A DNA stretch of 62,102 bases, counting the filler, from Chiloscyllium plagiosum (Eukaryota): NCBI RefSeq assembly GCF_004010195.1. It is 4 parts of one record of this genome, joined end to end, with 100 filler letters (N's around TTAATTAATTAA, not from the genome) between each part and the next. Parts side by side here need not be neighbours in the genome. Positions count along the whole stretch, not along the records: positions 1 to 25,578 come from NC_057716.1; 3 more parts are not named here. One strand, 5' to 3'. The notes below the pieces were generated by a model. It worked only from the letters and a program-made list of their open reading frames with translations. It ran no database searches and was not told the origin of the DNA. This document shows, piece after piece, positions 12,401 to 25,110 of the stretch; the stretch's first letter is position 1, and every line of letters starts with the position of its first letter. The translations under genes and the position numbers were made by a program.

Positions 12401-12844
12401 TCGTAGCTGATGGCCAGGCTTTGCAGAGTCAGGAGGTCAGTTACTCACCACAGTATTCGGAGTCTCTGACCTGCTCCTGGTGAACACACCTCTCTTGTTT
12501 GAGGTTTTCCTTGGAAACTGAGAGAGACGTTCTTCTCGTGACAGGTTGAGGATCTTGAGGTGGCTAACCAACTTAATACACACCCTGCTGTGGGTGGGGC
12601 AGTGCAGTTTGAAGCGACATGTGGGGTGGGGGGGCAATGGAATATTTGGGATTTACACACTTCTTTCTCTGTTTGCATTTGACAGCCACCTGAGCCAGTC
12701 AGACAGATGCCTAACAAGGTTAGTACCTTTGTGTGTGTTTCCTCTCCCTGTGTGACTGCTCCTGGGGAGAAGATTTCCTCATGTCAGTGACTGTGTATCC
12801 CCTTTTCAGGGAGGTGTTTATTAGGCTGACCTTGATTCAGTTTC

Positions 12845-13480
12845 CTTTATTCATCAGGGTATTGAGTACAGGAGTTGGGAGGTCATGTTGTAGCTGTACA
12901 GGACATTGGTTAGGTCACTTTGAGAATACTGTGTTCAATTCTGGTCTCCCTGCTATATGAAGGATATTGTGAAACTTGAAAGGATTTACAAAAGCTTTAC
13001 AAGGATGTTGCCAGGGTTAGAGGGTTTAAGCTATAGGGAGAGGCTGAATAGGCTGGGGCTGTTTTCTCTGGAACATCGGAGGCTGAGGGGTGACTCTATA
13101 GAAGTTTATTAAATCATGAGGAGCATGGATAGGGTAAATAGACAAGGTCTTTTGCCGGGGGTGGGAGAATCCAGAACTGGAGAACATAGGTTTAGGGTGA
13201 GAGGGGAAAGCTATAAAGGGGACCTAAGGGGCAACTTTTTCACACAGAGGATGATGCATGTATGGAATGAGCTGCCAGAGGAAGTGATGGAGGCTGGTAC
13301 AGTTGCAACATTTAAAAGGCATCTGGATATGTATGTGAATAGGAAGGGTTTGGAGGGGTATGGGCCCAGTGCTTGCAAATGGGACTAGATTAATTTAGGA
13401 TATCTGACTGGCACGGATGGGTTGGACTGAAGGGCCTGTTTCCATGCTATGCAACTCTATCAATCGATAACTCTGTGATT
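12845..13480 (+). mobile_element. CR1 LINE 3' fragment
   Basis: RGNFFTQRMMHVWNELPEEV; standard 3' UTR. Confidence 0.9.
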
Positions 13481-13859
13481 GTATGGGTCCTGGAATCCTA
13501 TGTTGCAACAGGGTTCAGGTGAGAGATCTGGTTTTTGGACCAGTGAAGCTGATTGGTGGTTACCAGTGCCTCAATGTTGTACTGCAGGTCCTGCCAGTGG
13601 GTTTACGGAGGCCTCACTGGTGAATGTATCCAGGGGTGTGACATATTGTATATGCACTCTATATGTCTCCTACACATACAGGTGATTCACGAATACTGTT
13701 ACCCTGTCAACCCTGAGCCCAGTGCCAAGGTCTGAGGGTGTTGTCATTATTTATAGCTGCAGTATTTATAAGGCTGTTCCAATTTACTTTCTGGACAATG
13801 GTAGCCAGGACTGATGCCCGATAGCTGAGATGTTTGATCTCTAAAAACCATAACCACGA

Positions 13860-14990
13860 CACATGTCTCCGCTGGCTACATCTGCAGGAAGTGCACCCAA
13901 CTCCAGATCCTCAAAAACTGAGTTAGGGAACTGGAGCTGGAGCTGGATGAACTACTGATCATCCGGGAGACTGAGGGAGAAATTGAGAGGATGTACAGGG
14001 AGGTGGTCACTCCCCAGACACAGGATAAGGACAGCTGGGTTACTGTCAAGGGGAGGAAAGGGAGCTGACGGTCAGAGCAGAATCCCCTGTGGCCGTTCCC
14101 CTCAGCAATAAGTATACCATTTTGGATACTGCTGGTGGGGACAGCCTGCCAGGGGAAAGCCATAGTTGTCAGGTCTCTGGCACTGAGCCTGGCACTGTGG
14201 CTCAGAAAGGAAGGGGGGGAAATAGAAAAGCACTAGTGGTAGGGCACTCAATAATTAGACGGATTGACAGAAGGTTTTGTGGTCTGGAACGGGACTCCCA
14301 GAATGTATGTTGCCTCCCCGGTGCCAGGGTCCGGGATGCCGCTGATCGGAATTACAGGACTCTGAACGGGGAGAGTGAGCGGCCAGAAATCCTGGTACTT
14401 ATTGGCTCCAATGATATAGCCAGGAAAGGGATTGAGGATCTGAAAAGTGACTACAGAGAGTTAGGTTGGAAGCTGAAGAGCAGGACGAGTAGAGTAGTGA
14501 TCTCAGGTTTGTTACCGGTGCCATGAGATAGTGAGATGAGGAACAGTCAGCGAATGCAGCTTAACACGTGGCTGCGAGGCTGGTGCAGGAGGGAGGGCTT
14601 CAGATACCTAGACCATTGGGATACCTTCTGGGGAAGGAGGGACCTGTACATGAAGGACGGGTTGCACCTGATCTGGAGGGGCACAAATGTCCTGGGGGGG
14701 AGATTTGCTCGTGTGGTTCAGGAGGGTTTAAACTAATTTGGCAGGGGGGGTGGGAATCAGAGCTACATATCTGAGAGGGGGTCAGTTGTAGATGGGGCAG
14801 TGACAGGATGTAGTGAATCTATCGGGAAGGTTTCTCATGTGATGAAACAAAGGGGTCGGTTAAAGTGTTTCTGCTATAATGCTAGGAGTGTCAGAAATAA
14901 GAGTGACAAACTTAGAGCATGGATCAGTACTTGGGGCTACGATGATGTGGCCATAATGGAGACGTGGGTTTCACAGGGACAGGGATGGGT
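13860..14990 (+). mobile_element. CR1 LINE 5' part: ORF1 (zinc/leucine-zipper region and SGNH esterase) and start of the ORF2 endonuclease
   Basis: ICRKCTQL, VPLSNKY, VVGHSIIR, VCCLPGARV, IGSND, VISGLLPVP, DGLHL; then CYNARSVRNK. Confidence 0.9.
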
Positions 14991-15079
14991 GGAAACGCTC
15001 TGAACGAGACAGTCAAATGGTGACAATGTTGCTCTGTATTTTGAAGTTAATCCAGGGACAGCAGGGAAGATGATGATGG

Positions 15080-15500
15080 GAGCAGACCCGGGGGCAACAG
15101 GAAAACGTGCAGGTAGATTTTACCAGCCTGATTGGCATGGACTCGAGGGAACAGTGTGGTGTTAAATAACCAGGTGCCTAGATGGTGGGACCATATAAAC
15201 GTAGCTGGGTAGTTGTCAATACCTCACTCCAAACCGACTCAGAGCATGGTGTCTATTTTACGAGGAGATGATGAGGGGAAGTGGTTAGCTATTAGGAGTC
15301 AAACAATGATTTCACCTAGCCCTAACCACCAGGATTGGTCCAAAGGATGAATCAGAGCCTAAAAGCACTTTAGCAAAGACCATAATGGGGAAGGGATCAT
15401 GGAGGTAAGATGGTATGGTCTTAAAGGCATGAAAGAGCCAAGGGAATGACCAGGCCCTGGGTCTGAATTAATGACAGGGACAGCAATGTGAGTAGATATG
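15080..15500 (+). pseudogene. Degenerate retroviral/LTR-type integrase (rve) core
   Basis: Frameshifted but ordered motifs: ENVQVDFTSL, LQTDSEHGVYFT, LLGVKQ*FHLA, GLVQRMNQSLKAL, LAKTIMGKGSW, ELMTGTAM. Confidence 0.65.
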
Positions 15501-15725
15501 ATCACAGGTGGGAGGGAAATCCTGGGTCACACCAAGGAGGAGGTACATGGTGAGTATAGAAGCTGTGTGTTCAGCCCCAAAATGCACAATGTTAACAACT
15601 GAGCTGGGCCCTGGAAACACTGATGTCGAGGAATATAAGCTGTCAGGGATCTGGTAATGACCATCATCACTAACCTAGGGCTACAAACCAGCAAGGTTAG
15701 GACCTTGCTGGATAACAGGGACCAT

Positions 15726-16005
15726 GGACACAGTGGCTCAGTGGTTAGCTCCCAGCGCCAAGGACCCGGGTTCGGTTCCACCCTCAGGTGACCGTCTGTG
15801 TGGAGTTTGCATGTTCTCCCTGTGGCTGCGTGGGTTTCCTCCCACAGTCCAAAGATGTGCAGGTCAGGTGGATTAGCTGTGCTAATTTACCAATAGTGTT
15901 CAGGGATATGCAAGCTAGGTGGGGATAGGATGGGATGGTATTTGGAGGATCAGTGCAGGCTCGTTGGGCTGAATGGTCTCTAGCTGCACTGAAAGGATTC
16001 TATGA
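15726..16005 (+). mobile_element. HE1-type V-SINE (diverged)
   Basis: Head, V-domain and tail match the other copies. Confidence 0.85.
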
Positions 16006-16384
16006 GCTGCTTGTTCACATGCGATGGGGTTAGGAGACATCATAAGGAGTGGACCTTAGGGACACTGGATCCAGCTGAAGACGTCTACAGGAGATGTTTC
16101 AGTCAGAGACTGGAGTGAAGTTGATCAACTACTTGGTGGGTGTGTGTGGATTAAAACACCTTGTCGCAATGGAACACATGACCAACCAGCTTCCAACCTC
16201 TCAGCCAGTGATAAAGTGACATGGAATGCAATTTTTAATTGGACTGAAACCAGTTATTTTGAACAACCTATGAACATGGTGGGTGTTTACAGGTGCAAAC
16301 ATCAATGGTGACATTTGTTAAAAGGCAGGAGGATGCCCTGGGGGAATATGATTTTGGGTGAGTGAAATACCAAAGGAAATCTTT

Positions 16385-17175
16385 TTATTATTTAACTCCT
16401 ATGATGTGGAGATTGCTGGCTGTGCCCAGCATTAATTGCCCGTCCCTCGTTACCCCTTGAGAAGGGTGGCACGGTTGCACAGTGGTTAGCACTGCTGCCT
16501 TACAGTGCCAGAGACCCGGGTTCAATTCCCGCCTCAGGCGACTGACTGTGTGGAGTTTGCACGTTCTCCCCGTGTCTGCGTGGGTTTCCTCCGGGTGCTC
16601 CGGTTTCCTCCCACAGTCCAAAAATGTGCAGGTCAGGTGAATTGGCCATACTAAATTGCCCGTAGTGCTAGGTAAGGGGTAAATGTAGGGGTATGGGTGG
16701 GTTGTGCTTCAGCGGTTCGGTGTGGACTTGTTGGGCCGAAGGGCCTGTTTCCATACTGTAAGTAATCTAATCTAATTAAGGTGGGGGTGAGCTGCCTTCT
16801 TGAACCGCTGCAGTCCATGTGCTTTGGGTTGATCCACAATGCCCTTAGGGAGGGAATTCCAGGATTCTGACCCAGCGACACTGAAGGAACGGTGATATAT
16901 TTCCAAGTCAGGATGGTGAGGGGCTCGGAGGGGAACTTGGAGGGGGTGGTGTTCCCATGTATCTGCTGCCCTTGTCCTTCTCGATGGAAGTGGTTGTGGG
17001 TTTGGAAGGTGCTGTCTGAGGATCTTTGGTGAGTTTCTGCAGTGCATCTTGTATATGGTACACACTGCTGCTACTGAGTGTGGGTGGGGGAGAGAATGGC
17101 TATTTGTGGATGTGATGCCAATTAAGTGGCTGCTTTGTTCTGAATGGTTTCAATTTCTTGGGTGTTGCTGGAGTT
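16385..17175 (-). mobile_element. Second LINE family 3' end, interrupted by HE1
   Basis: ORF 16772-17065 near-identical to the 10701-11122 frames. Confidence 0.8.
16464..16776 (+). mobile_element. Full-length young HE1-type V-SINE
   Basis: GGGTGGCACGG head, B-box GGTTCAATTCC, (TAATC)n tail, short AAGG duplication. Confidence 0.95.
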
Positions 17176-18189
17176 TGTAATTAGGAAAGGGGTAAATGCA
17201 GTCCAAGAGATTATAATCTCTCCCAGCTGGATAGGCCACAAATTGAGAAAGAGGAGTAAGGCAAGCAGATAGGATTGAGGTGCTGTATGCGCAGTGAGAC
17301 CCAGATTAAAACTATCGGGTGCTTACAGGGACTGAGATGTGTGTGTGTGTGTCTGCGTGTGTGTATGTGTGTGTGTGTGTGTGTGATGCTGAAGTGGGGT
17401 GATCATGATGGACAGTGTTGGCTATCCACAACTGTGCGGGGGAGTGAGGGAGAAACAGTGAGGGAAGGGGTCTTTGGGAGTGGTCCACAAGTATGTCAGT
17501 TTGAATGCACCAGATCAGGGACTCAGCTACAAAGGCCCACCTTAATACAATGTGCACCAGCAGCTTCGTGGTTTCTCAATAAAATAACCAGATCGAGAAC
17601 TCTCAGTGACAGGGAGGACAGACAAAGAGAGGCCTTGTCACTGGCTCCCAGGTTAACCTGCTTCATGGAAAAACACCAGCAGTAGCTGGGGTCTGATGAG
17701 ATGAGGCAGGAGGAGAGTCGGGTGATGGAATGGTGTTGGAACTCAACAGACTGGACAGATAAGAGCCCACCAGGAGCACCGTGTACAGCACAGGTCACTG
17801 TACCGACAGAGGGATGGGAATGTGTTGGAAGCTGTTCAGAAAAGGTTTACCAGACTAACCCCTGGACTGAGCGGATTACCATCTGGGGAAAGGCCGGACA
17901 GACTGGGCCTGAGGTTGGGAGGTTAGAAATGTCAGAGGGGACTGAATTGAGACAGATAAGACCCTGAGGGGAGCTGTCCGGGTGGATGTGAAAAGGATGG
18001 TTCCTCTTGTGGGAGAATCTAAAACTAGAGTCATTGTTTAAACATAAGGGAGATCCCATTTAAAACAGAGATGAGGTATTTTTTTTTCAGAGGATTGAGT
18101 TTTGGAATTCCTTTAAGTCTGAGGGAAATAGATTAATGATGATCATAGGGATGGAAGATTATTGTGGGAAATGCAGGAATATAGAGTTC

Positions 18190-20170
18190 ACCCTTTCCCC
18201 ATAAGACCTTCCCTCCATACCAGGCAGCAGCCGAGTAAATCTCCTCTGAACCCTTTCCAAAGCTTCCACATCCTTCCTATAATCCGGTCAGCTGAACTAT
18301 ATGCAATACTCCAAGTGTGGCCGCACCAGAGTTTTGTACAGCTGCAGCATGACCTCATGGTCCCGAAACTCAATCCCTCTACCAATAAATGCCAACACAC
18401 CATATGCCTTCTTAACAACTCCATCAACCTGGGTGGCAACTTTCAGGGATCTATGTACATGGACCCCGAGATCTCTCTGCTCATCTACACTTCTAAGAAT
18501 CTTACCTTTAGCCCAGTACTCTATTCCTTTTGCTCCTTCCAAAGTGAATCACCTCACACTTTCTGCATTAAACTCCATTTGCCACCTCTCAGCCCAGCGC
18601 TGCAGCTTATCTATGTCCCTCTGTAAACTACAACATCCTTCCGCACTATCCACAACTCCACCGACCTTAGTGTCATCCGCAAATTTACTAACCCATCCTT
18701 CTACACCCTAATAGATGTCATTTGTAAAAATAACAAACAGCAGTGGCCCCAAAACAGATCCTTGCGGTACCCCACTTGTAACTGAACTCCAGGATGAACA
18801 TTTCCCATCACCCACCACCCTCTGTCTTCTTTCAGCTCGCCAATTTCTGACCCAAACTGCTAAATCACCCTCAATCCCATGCCTCTGTATTTTGTGCAAT
18901 AGTCTACCGTGGGGAACCTTATCAAACACCTTACTGAAATCCATATACACCACATCAACCACTTTACCCTCATCCACCTGTTTGATCACCTTCTGAAAGA
19001 ACTCAATAAGATTTGTGAGGCACGACCTGCCCTTCACAAAACCATTAGTCCCTAATCAACTTATTTTTTTCTAGATGATTACAATTCCTATCTCTTACAA
19101 CCTTTTCCAACACTTTACCCACAACCAAAGTAAGACTCACTGGTCTATAATTACCAGGGTTGTCTCTACTCCCATTCTTGAACAGGGGAACCACATTTGC
19201 TATCCTCCAGTCTTCTGGCACTATTCCTGTAGACAATGACGATTTAAAGATCAAAGCCAAAGACTCAGCAATCTCCTCCCTGGCTTCCCAGAGAATCCTC
19301 GGATAAATCCCATCCGGCCCAGGGGACTTAACTATTTCCACACTTTCCAGAATTGCTAACACCTCCTCCTTGTGAACCTCACTCCCACCCAGTCTAGTCT
19401 AGAGGCCCATCCCATGCATCCTAAATCTTGACTAATTGCATCATAATTGCCTTTCCCCCAGTTATAACGCTTGCCCTGCAGTATATACCTATCCCTTTCC
19501 ATCATTAAAGTAAACATAACCGAGTATTCTCCTCGACAACATTGTCTTTTTCCTGTGTGAATACTGCCGAAAAATGTTCATTTAGCACTTCCCACTCCCC
19601 TTGACTCCACCCACAACTTCCCACTACTGTCCTTGATTGGCCCTAATCTTTCTCTAGTCATTCTTTTATTTCTGATACACCTATAGAAAGCTTTAGGGTT
19701 TACCCTGATCCTATCCACCAACGACTTCTCATGTCCCCTCCTGGCTCTTCTTAGCCCTCTCTTTAGGTCTTTTCTGGCTAACCTGTAACTCTCAAGCTCC
19801 CTAACTGAGCCTGCACGTCTCATCCTAACAGAAGCCTTCTTCTTCCTCTTGACAAGAGATTCAACTTCTTTAGAAAACCATGGCTCCCTCACTCAACCAC
19901 TTCCTCCCTGCCTGACAGGTACATACTTATCAAGGACACGCAGTAACTGTTCCTTGAATAAGCTCCACATTTCAATTGTGCCCCCACTCCCTGCAGTTTC
20001 CTTCCCCATCCCATGCATCCTAAATCTTGACTAATTGCATCACAATTGCCTTTCCCCCAGCTATAATGCTTGCCCCACAGTATATACTTATCCCTTTCCA
20101 TCACTAAAGTAAACATAACCAAATTGTGGTCACTATCACCAAAGTGCTCACCTACCTCCAAACCTAACTC
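18190..20170 (-). mobile_element. CR1 LINE ORF2 (RT) fragment, ~2 kb, with internal deletions and one internal duplication
   Basis: [61 protein letters not shown]. Confidence 0.93.
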
Positions 20171-20654
20171 GGACATTTTGAATGTAGATGGGCCCCTCTT
20201 GATGGATGTAGGAATTGCACATGGGGCTGGACAAACACAATAAATATTTCAGACATAAAAGGAGTAAATGAGGAGATCAACCAACTAACTTCCAAAATTA
20301 AATCAATCCCAACTAAGACAGCCACCAACCTTGAACACAAGGGATAACAGACAGGGCTCCTGAGAGTGAGTGACCCCCCAACCTCCACCAGAAACAACAT
20401 TCTCAGGCAGTTAGTCGGATGAGAAGATACATCCAGAATGCAACGGACTCACAACATGATCAAAAATTCTGAGTTCACTGGGATGCAGCGAGGAATCACT
20501 AAGTGTAACTGGTGATAAAATGATGCTTCATCAATCAGAGAGTGGGTGAGGTCTGTCACCATTGGCACACACCATTCAAGGTGGAGCACTCACAGGTGAC
20601 TTTTCCAATCTGCCAGAGTACTCTGAAAAGCTGGAGGGGGTTGGTATGGATCAT

Positions 20655-22260
20655 GAGACACTCAAAGAACATTACAGTATAGGAACAGGCCCTTCAGTCC
20701 TCTAAGCCTGCGCTGATCCAGATCCTCTATCTAAACCTGTCACCTATTTTCTAAGGGTCTGTATCCCTCTGCTTCTTGCCCATTCAGGTATCTGTCCAGA
20801 TACATCTTAAATGATGCTATCGTTTCTGCCCCTACCACCTCCACTGGTGACGCGTTCCAGGAACCCCCCCCCCATAATGTGGTGACCAGAAATGTACACA
20901 GTATTCCAAATGTGGCCGAACCAAAGTCCTATACAACTGTAACATGACCTACCAACTCTTGTACTCAATACACCGTCCAATGAAGGAAAGCATGCTGTAT
21001 GCCTTCCTGATCACTCTACTGACCTGCGTTACCATCTTCAGGGAACAATGGACCTGAACCCCCAGGTCTCTCTGTTCATCAATTTTCCCCAGGACTTTTC
21101 TACTTATCATATCGTTCACTCTTGAATTGGATGTTCCAAAAATGCATCATCTCACATTTGTCCGGACTGAACTCCATCTGCCATTTCTCTGCCCATCTCT
21201 CCAGTCTATCGATATTCTGCTGTATTCTCTGACAGTCCCCTACACTATCTGCTACTCCATCAATCTTAGTGTCATCTGCAAACTTGCTAATGAGGCAACC
21301 TACATCTTCCTCCAAATCATTTATGTATATCACAACCAACAGTGGTCCCAGCATGGATCCCTGTGGAACACCACTGGTCAATGGCCTTCATTTCGAGAAA
21401 CTCCCTTCCACTACTACCCTCTGACTCCTGTTGCCCAGCCAGTTCTCTATCCACCTAGCTAGAACACCCTGCACACCATGTGACTTCACTTCTTCATCAG
21501 CCTACCATGGGGAACCTTATCAAACACCTTACTAAAGTTCATGTATATGACATCTACATCCCTTCCCTCATCAATCAACTTTTTCACCTCTTCAAAGGAT
21601 TCTATTTGGTTTGTAAGAGATGACCTTTCCTGCACAAAAGCTTGCTGCCAATCACGGATAAGCCCGTCTTCATCCAAATGGGAATATATCCTATCCCTTA
21701 ATATCCTCTCCAGTAGCTTTCCTACCATTGACGTCAAACTCACAGGTCTGTAATTACCTGGATTATCCCTGCTATCCTTCTTAAACAAGGGGTCATCCGC
21801 AATTCTCCAGTCCTCTAGGATCTCCCCTATGTTCAAGGATACTGCAAAGGATATCTGTTAAGGCCCCAGCTATTTCCTCTCTCACTTCCCTCAGTAACCT
21901 GGGATAGATCCCATCCGGACCTGGGGATTTGTCCTCCTTAATGCCTTTTAGAATACACAACACTTCCTCCATCCTTATGCCAACTTGACCTAGAATAATC
22001 AAACATCTATCCCTAACCTCAACATCCGTCATGTCCCTCTCCTCGGTGAATACCGATGCAAATTAATCATTAAGAATCTTACCCATTTTCTCTGACTCCT
22101 TTCCATATCTTTCCTCCTTTGTCCTTGAGTGGGCCAACGCTTTCCCTAATTACCCTCTTGTTCCTTATATATGAATAAAAGGCTTTGGCGTTTTCCCTAA
22201 CCCTGCTCGCTAAGGATATATCATGACCTCTTTGAGCCCTCTTAATTCCTCATTTCAGAA
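20655..22260 (-). mobile_element. CR1 LINE ORF2 fragment to the 3' end
   Basis: [35 protein letters not shown]. Confidence 0.92.
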
Positions 22261-22785
22261 GGATGGGACTCGGAGATTGTTCTGACAATAATGGATTTCT
22301 ATCCCAGCAGCCAATGTTCATTCTGATGAATCATCTCATTCCAAACTGCAGAAGATGTGACCACTCATTCCCAAAAGGAAAAGATAACAACTGTTTTCAC
22401 TTCTGCTGTGTTTTTAGACAATATCAGACAATGGAGCCAAGCTTGCTGATGTAAATGGAACGTTCCCAGTGACTCATTTCTCTAACCTTTCCAACTGACA
22501 TTTCTTAAACAAAAGGGAGTAACAATATTTATTCATGGAGAAAATATGTGGGTCACTTTCTCTCAATACTGGGCACTTGGCACAGAGATGCCAACATCAT
22601 AGTTCCAAAATGGATTGGAATAATAACTTGTAATTCAGGAACTTGTTCAAGCAATAAATAGATCACAACAAACATTATTCACTTACAACAACTCCCCTCA
22701 GATGCAGTTTCAGAAAATTTCGATCTAAATAATGAAAATGTTACAGCTATTTCTCATCCTGAAGGAAAATTACAGAAAGTAAAGC

Positions 22786-23235
22786 TGAAGGAGGGAGTGC
22801 CGTACTGTCAGAGGGTCAGTACTGAGGGAGTGCCTCACTGTCAGAGGGTCAGTGCTGAGGAAATGCCGCACTGTCGGAGGGTCAGTGCTGAGGGAGTGCA
22901 CACTGTCGGAGGGTCAGTGCTGAGGGAGTGCCACACTGTTGGACGGTCCGTACTGAGGGAGTGCCACACTGTTGGACGGTCCGTACCGAGGGCATGCCGC
23001 ACTGTCGGAGGGTCAGTGTTGAGGGAGTGCACACTGTCGGAGGGTCAGTGCTGAGGGAGTGCCGCACTGTCAGAGGGTCAGTGCTGAGGGAGTGCCGCAC
23101 TGTGGGAGAGTCAGTGCTGAGGGAGTGCCACACTGTCGGAGGGTCAGTGCTGAGGGAATGCGCACTGTCGGAGGGTCAGTGCTGAGGGAATGCCAAACTG
23201 TTGGACGGTCAGTACTGAAGGAGTGCTGCACTGTT
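22786..23235. repeat. 33-bp minisatellite (AGGGTCAGTGCTGAGGGAGTGCCGCACTGTCGG), about 13 copies, some 31 bp
   Basis: Tandem units read directly. Confidence 0.95.
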
Positions 23236-23444
23236 AGTGGGAGATGTGGGAGTGTCCGAGAGAGAGCGTGGAGGATGGAGGACGATGGTCTGAGCTCTGG
23301 GCCCAGACAATGGAGGATAAAGGCGACCAATGGCATAGTTCAAATCGAGAATGAAGGAGGCAGTACCAAGGAGGGTAGGATCCCATGGAGGTGATGGGAT
23401 CGTGGGGGGGGGGGGGGGGGGATCATAACGATGAAGCAGAACTT

Positions 23445-23960
23445 TCATCAAACTGTGACGAAGAGGGATTGAGGAAGTTAGGACTAGTCTCCTCGGAGAG
23501 GAGCAAGCTGACAACCAGAGAGAGGTTTCCCAAATAATTGAGGGGTCTGGACAGAGTAGATAGGGAGAAGCTGTTCCCACTTGTATTGAAATCAAGTACA
23601 AGGACATGAGGTTTCATTAATTTGTAAAAGAAGCAACATGAGATGAGGGAAACATTTTTCCCCCAGTGTCTAGTGTGGGTCTGGAATGTACTGCTTGGAA
23701 ATATGGGAGAGGCAGCTTCAACTGGGACAATCAGAGGGACATTGGATCATTATTTAAACCAAAACAATGTTCAGGGATTTGGGGAAGAGGCAAGGAAATG
23801 GCACCAAGTCATTCCTGCTCATTTGGAGCGCTGAGGCAGACATGATGGGATGAATGCTTAAAAATGTGTTGCTGGAAAAGCACAGCAGGTCAGGCAGCAT
23901 CAAAGGAACAGGAGAATCGACGTTTCGGGCATAAGGGATGAATGGCCTCCAGTTATGCAG
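23445..23960 (+). mobile_element. Old CR1 3' fragment with a PLE-derived insert at 23857-23934
   Basis: FFPQCLVWVWN; insert flanked by GGGATGAATG (23847-23856, 23935-23944). Confidence 0.75.
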
Positions 23961-24695
23961 TCATACTTATGATCAGGATCCTGAGAAAGTAGGCAGGGTG
24001 ATGGGTGTGGTTTGAGGGGTGAGTGTAGGAAAGAGACAGGATAGATAGAGGTGATCGAGAGAGGAGAGAGAGAGAGACAGGGACAGGGAGAAATATGGAG
24101 GACAGAGAGAGCTGTAAGGAGAAGGAAAACTGGTGAGCAAGAGAAGAGAGAGAGAGGGAGGAAAGAGACAAAGGCACAGGGAAGAGATGGGTTCAGTCAA
24201 CAGAGAAATGTTAACAGTTAATAGTTACGTCCCGTGGTTGGTTGGTTTCAGTGTAAGGATTGCGGTGTGATTTACCATGGTAAGAATGATCGTTTTCTGA
24301 TCTGGAACCGAATTGGAACTCGATGTTGAAAGTCCTTTTTAAGTTATCCTTGGCAAAGTAGCATTTATTGCCATTCCTAAATCTTCCTCATTGGAATCAA
24401 GATTCAGGAGTTCAAATCCCAGCCAAGCAAATCACAAAGAGGACTGCCATAAATTAGGTAGCCAGCGCAATGATAATGAACTCAATTGTCAGGGTCCTGA
24501 TATCCTTGGGGCAGCTGAGAATGAATATCAAAGACTGTCAGTACACTGTCACCTCGATGGAATTATGACCACAACAGCATGGAGAGAGGCCATTCTGTCC
24601 ATCCCAGCTGGACTGGCTTTTTCAAATTGTAATCACCCCGCTACCCCCTCGCTATACTCCTGCAATTCTTTCTTCTTCGGATAGCCATACAATTA

Positions 24696-25110
24696 GGTGG
24701 CAAGGTGGCTCAGTGGTTAGCACTGCTGCCTCACAGCACCAGGGACTTGGGTTCGATTCTTGCCTTGGGCAACTGTCTGGGTGGAGGTTACATGTTCTCC
24801 CTATATCTGTGTGGGTTTTCTCCCACAGTCCAAAAATAGTTAGGTTAGAGTGGGTTGGCCATGCTATATTGGGAGAAAGTGAGGACTGCAGTTGCTGGAG
24901 ATCACGCTGAAAATGTGTGTTGCTGGACCAGCAACACATTGGCCATGTTATATTACCCATCGTGTTCAGGGATGTGCAGGTTATAGTAGGTTACATGCAG
25001 GGTTACAGGTATAGGGTAGGGGAGTGGGTCTGGGTGGGTTACTCTTCAGAGGGTCAGTGTGGAACTGATGGACCAAATGGCCTGGCTCCACACTCTAGGA
25101 ACTCTATGAT
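24696..25110 (+). mobile_element. HE1-type SINE containing a collapsed PLE hairpin (24871-24938)
   Basis: TTGGCCATG[C/T]TATATT duplicated at 24855-24870 and 24939-24954. Confidence 0.85.

Larger units (their letters stand above)
10680..12480 (-). mobile_element. 3' part of a second LINE family (CR1/L2 group) hosting nested insertions
   Basis: SVAAVCTIYK.HCRNSPK...SWNSLPK.IVGLPTAHGLQRFKKAAH; host sequence resumes at ~12092 after the CR1 insert. Confidence 0.75.

Noticed and set aside
13788..13840. 53-nt AG/GT-bounded minus-strand segment with HQSWLP, faintly like SPRYD3 HQPGWLP
   Set aside because: It would shift the frame, and the true equivalent exon is at 44589-44713
14089..14736. SGNH esterase as a host enzyme gene (also 56367-56927)
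   Set aside because: It is CR1 ORF1, contains stops, and is followed directly by the ORF2 endonuclease
16464..16535. tRNA gene (A and B boxes)
   Set aside because: It is the head of a multi-copy HE1-type SINE and continues into the V-domain and tail
22786..23235. CRISPR-like appearance of the 32-33 bp repeats (also 1-235)
   Set aside because: Head-to-tail units without unique spacers, no cas genes, vertebrate context
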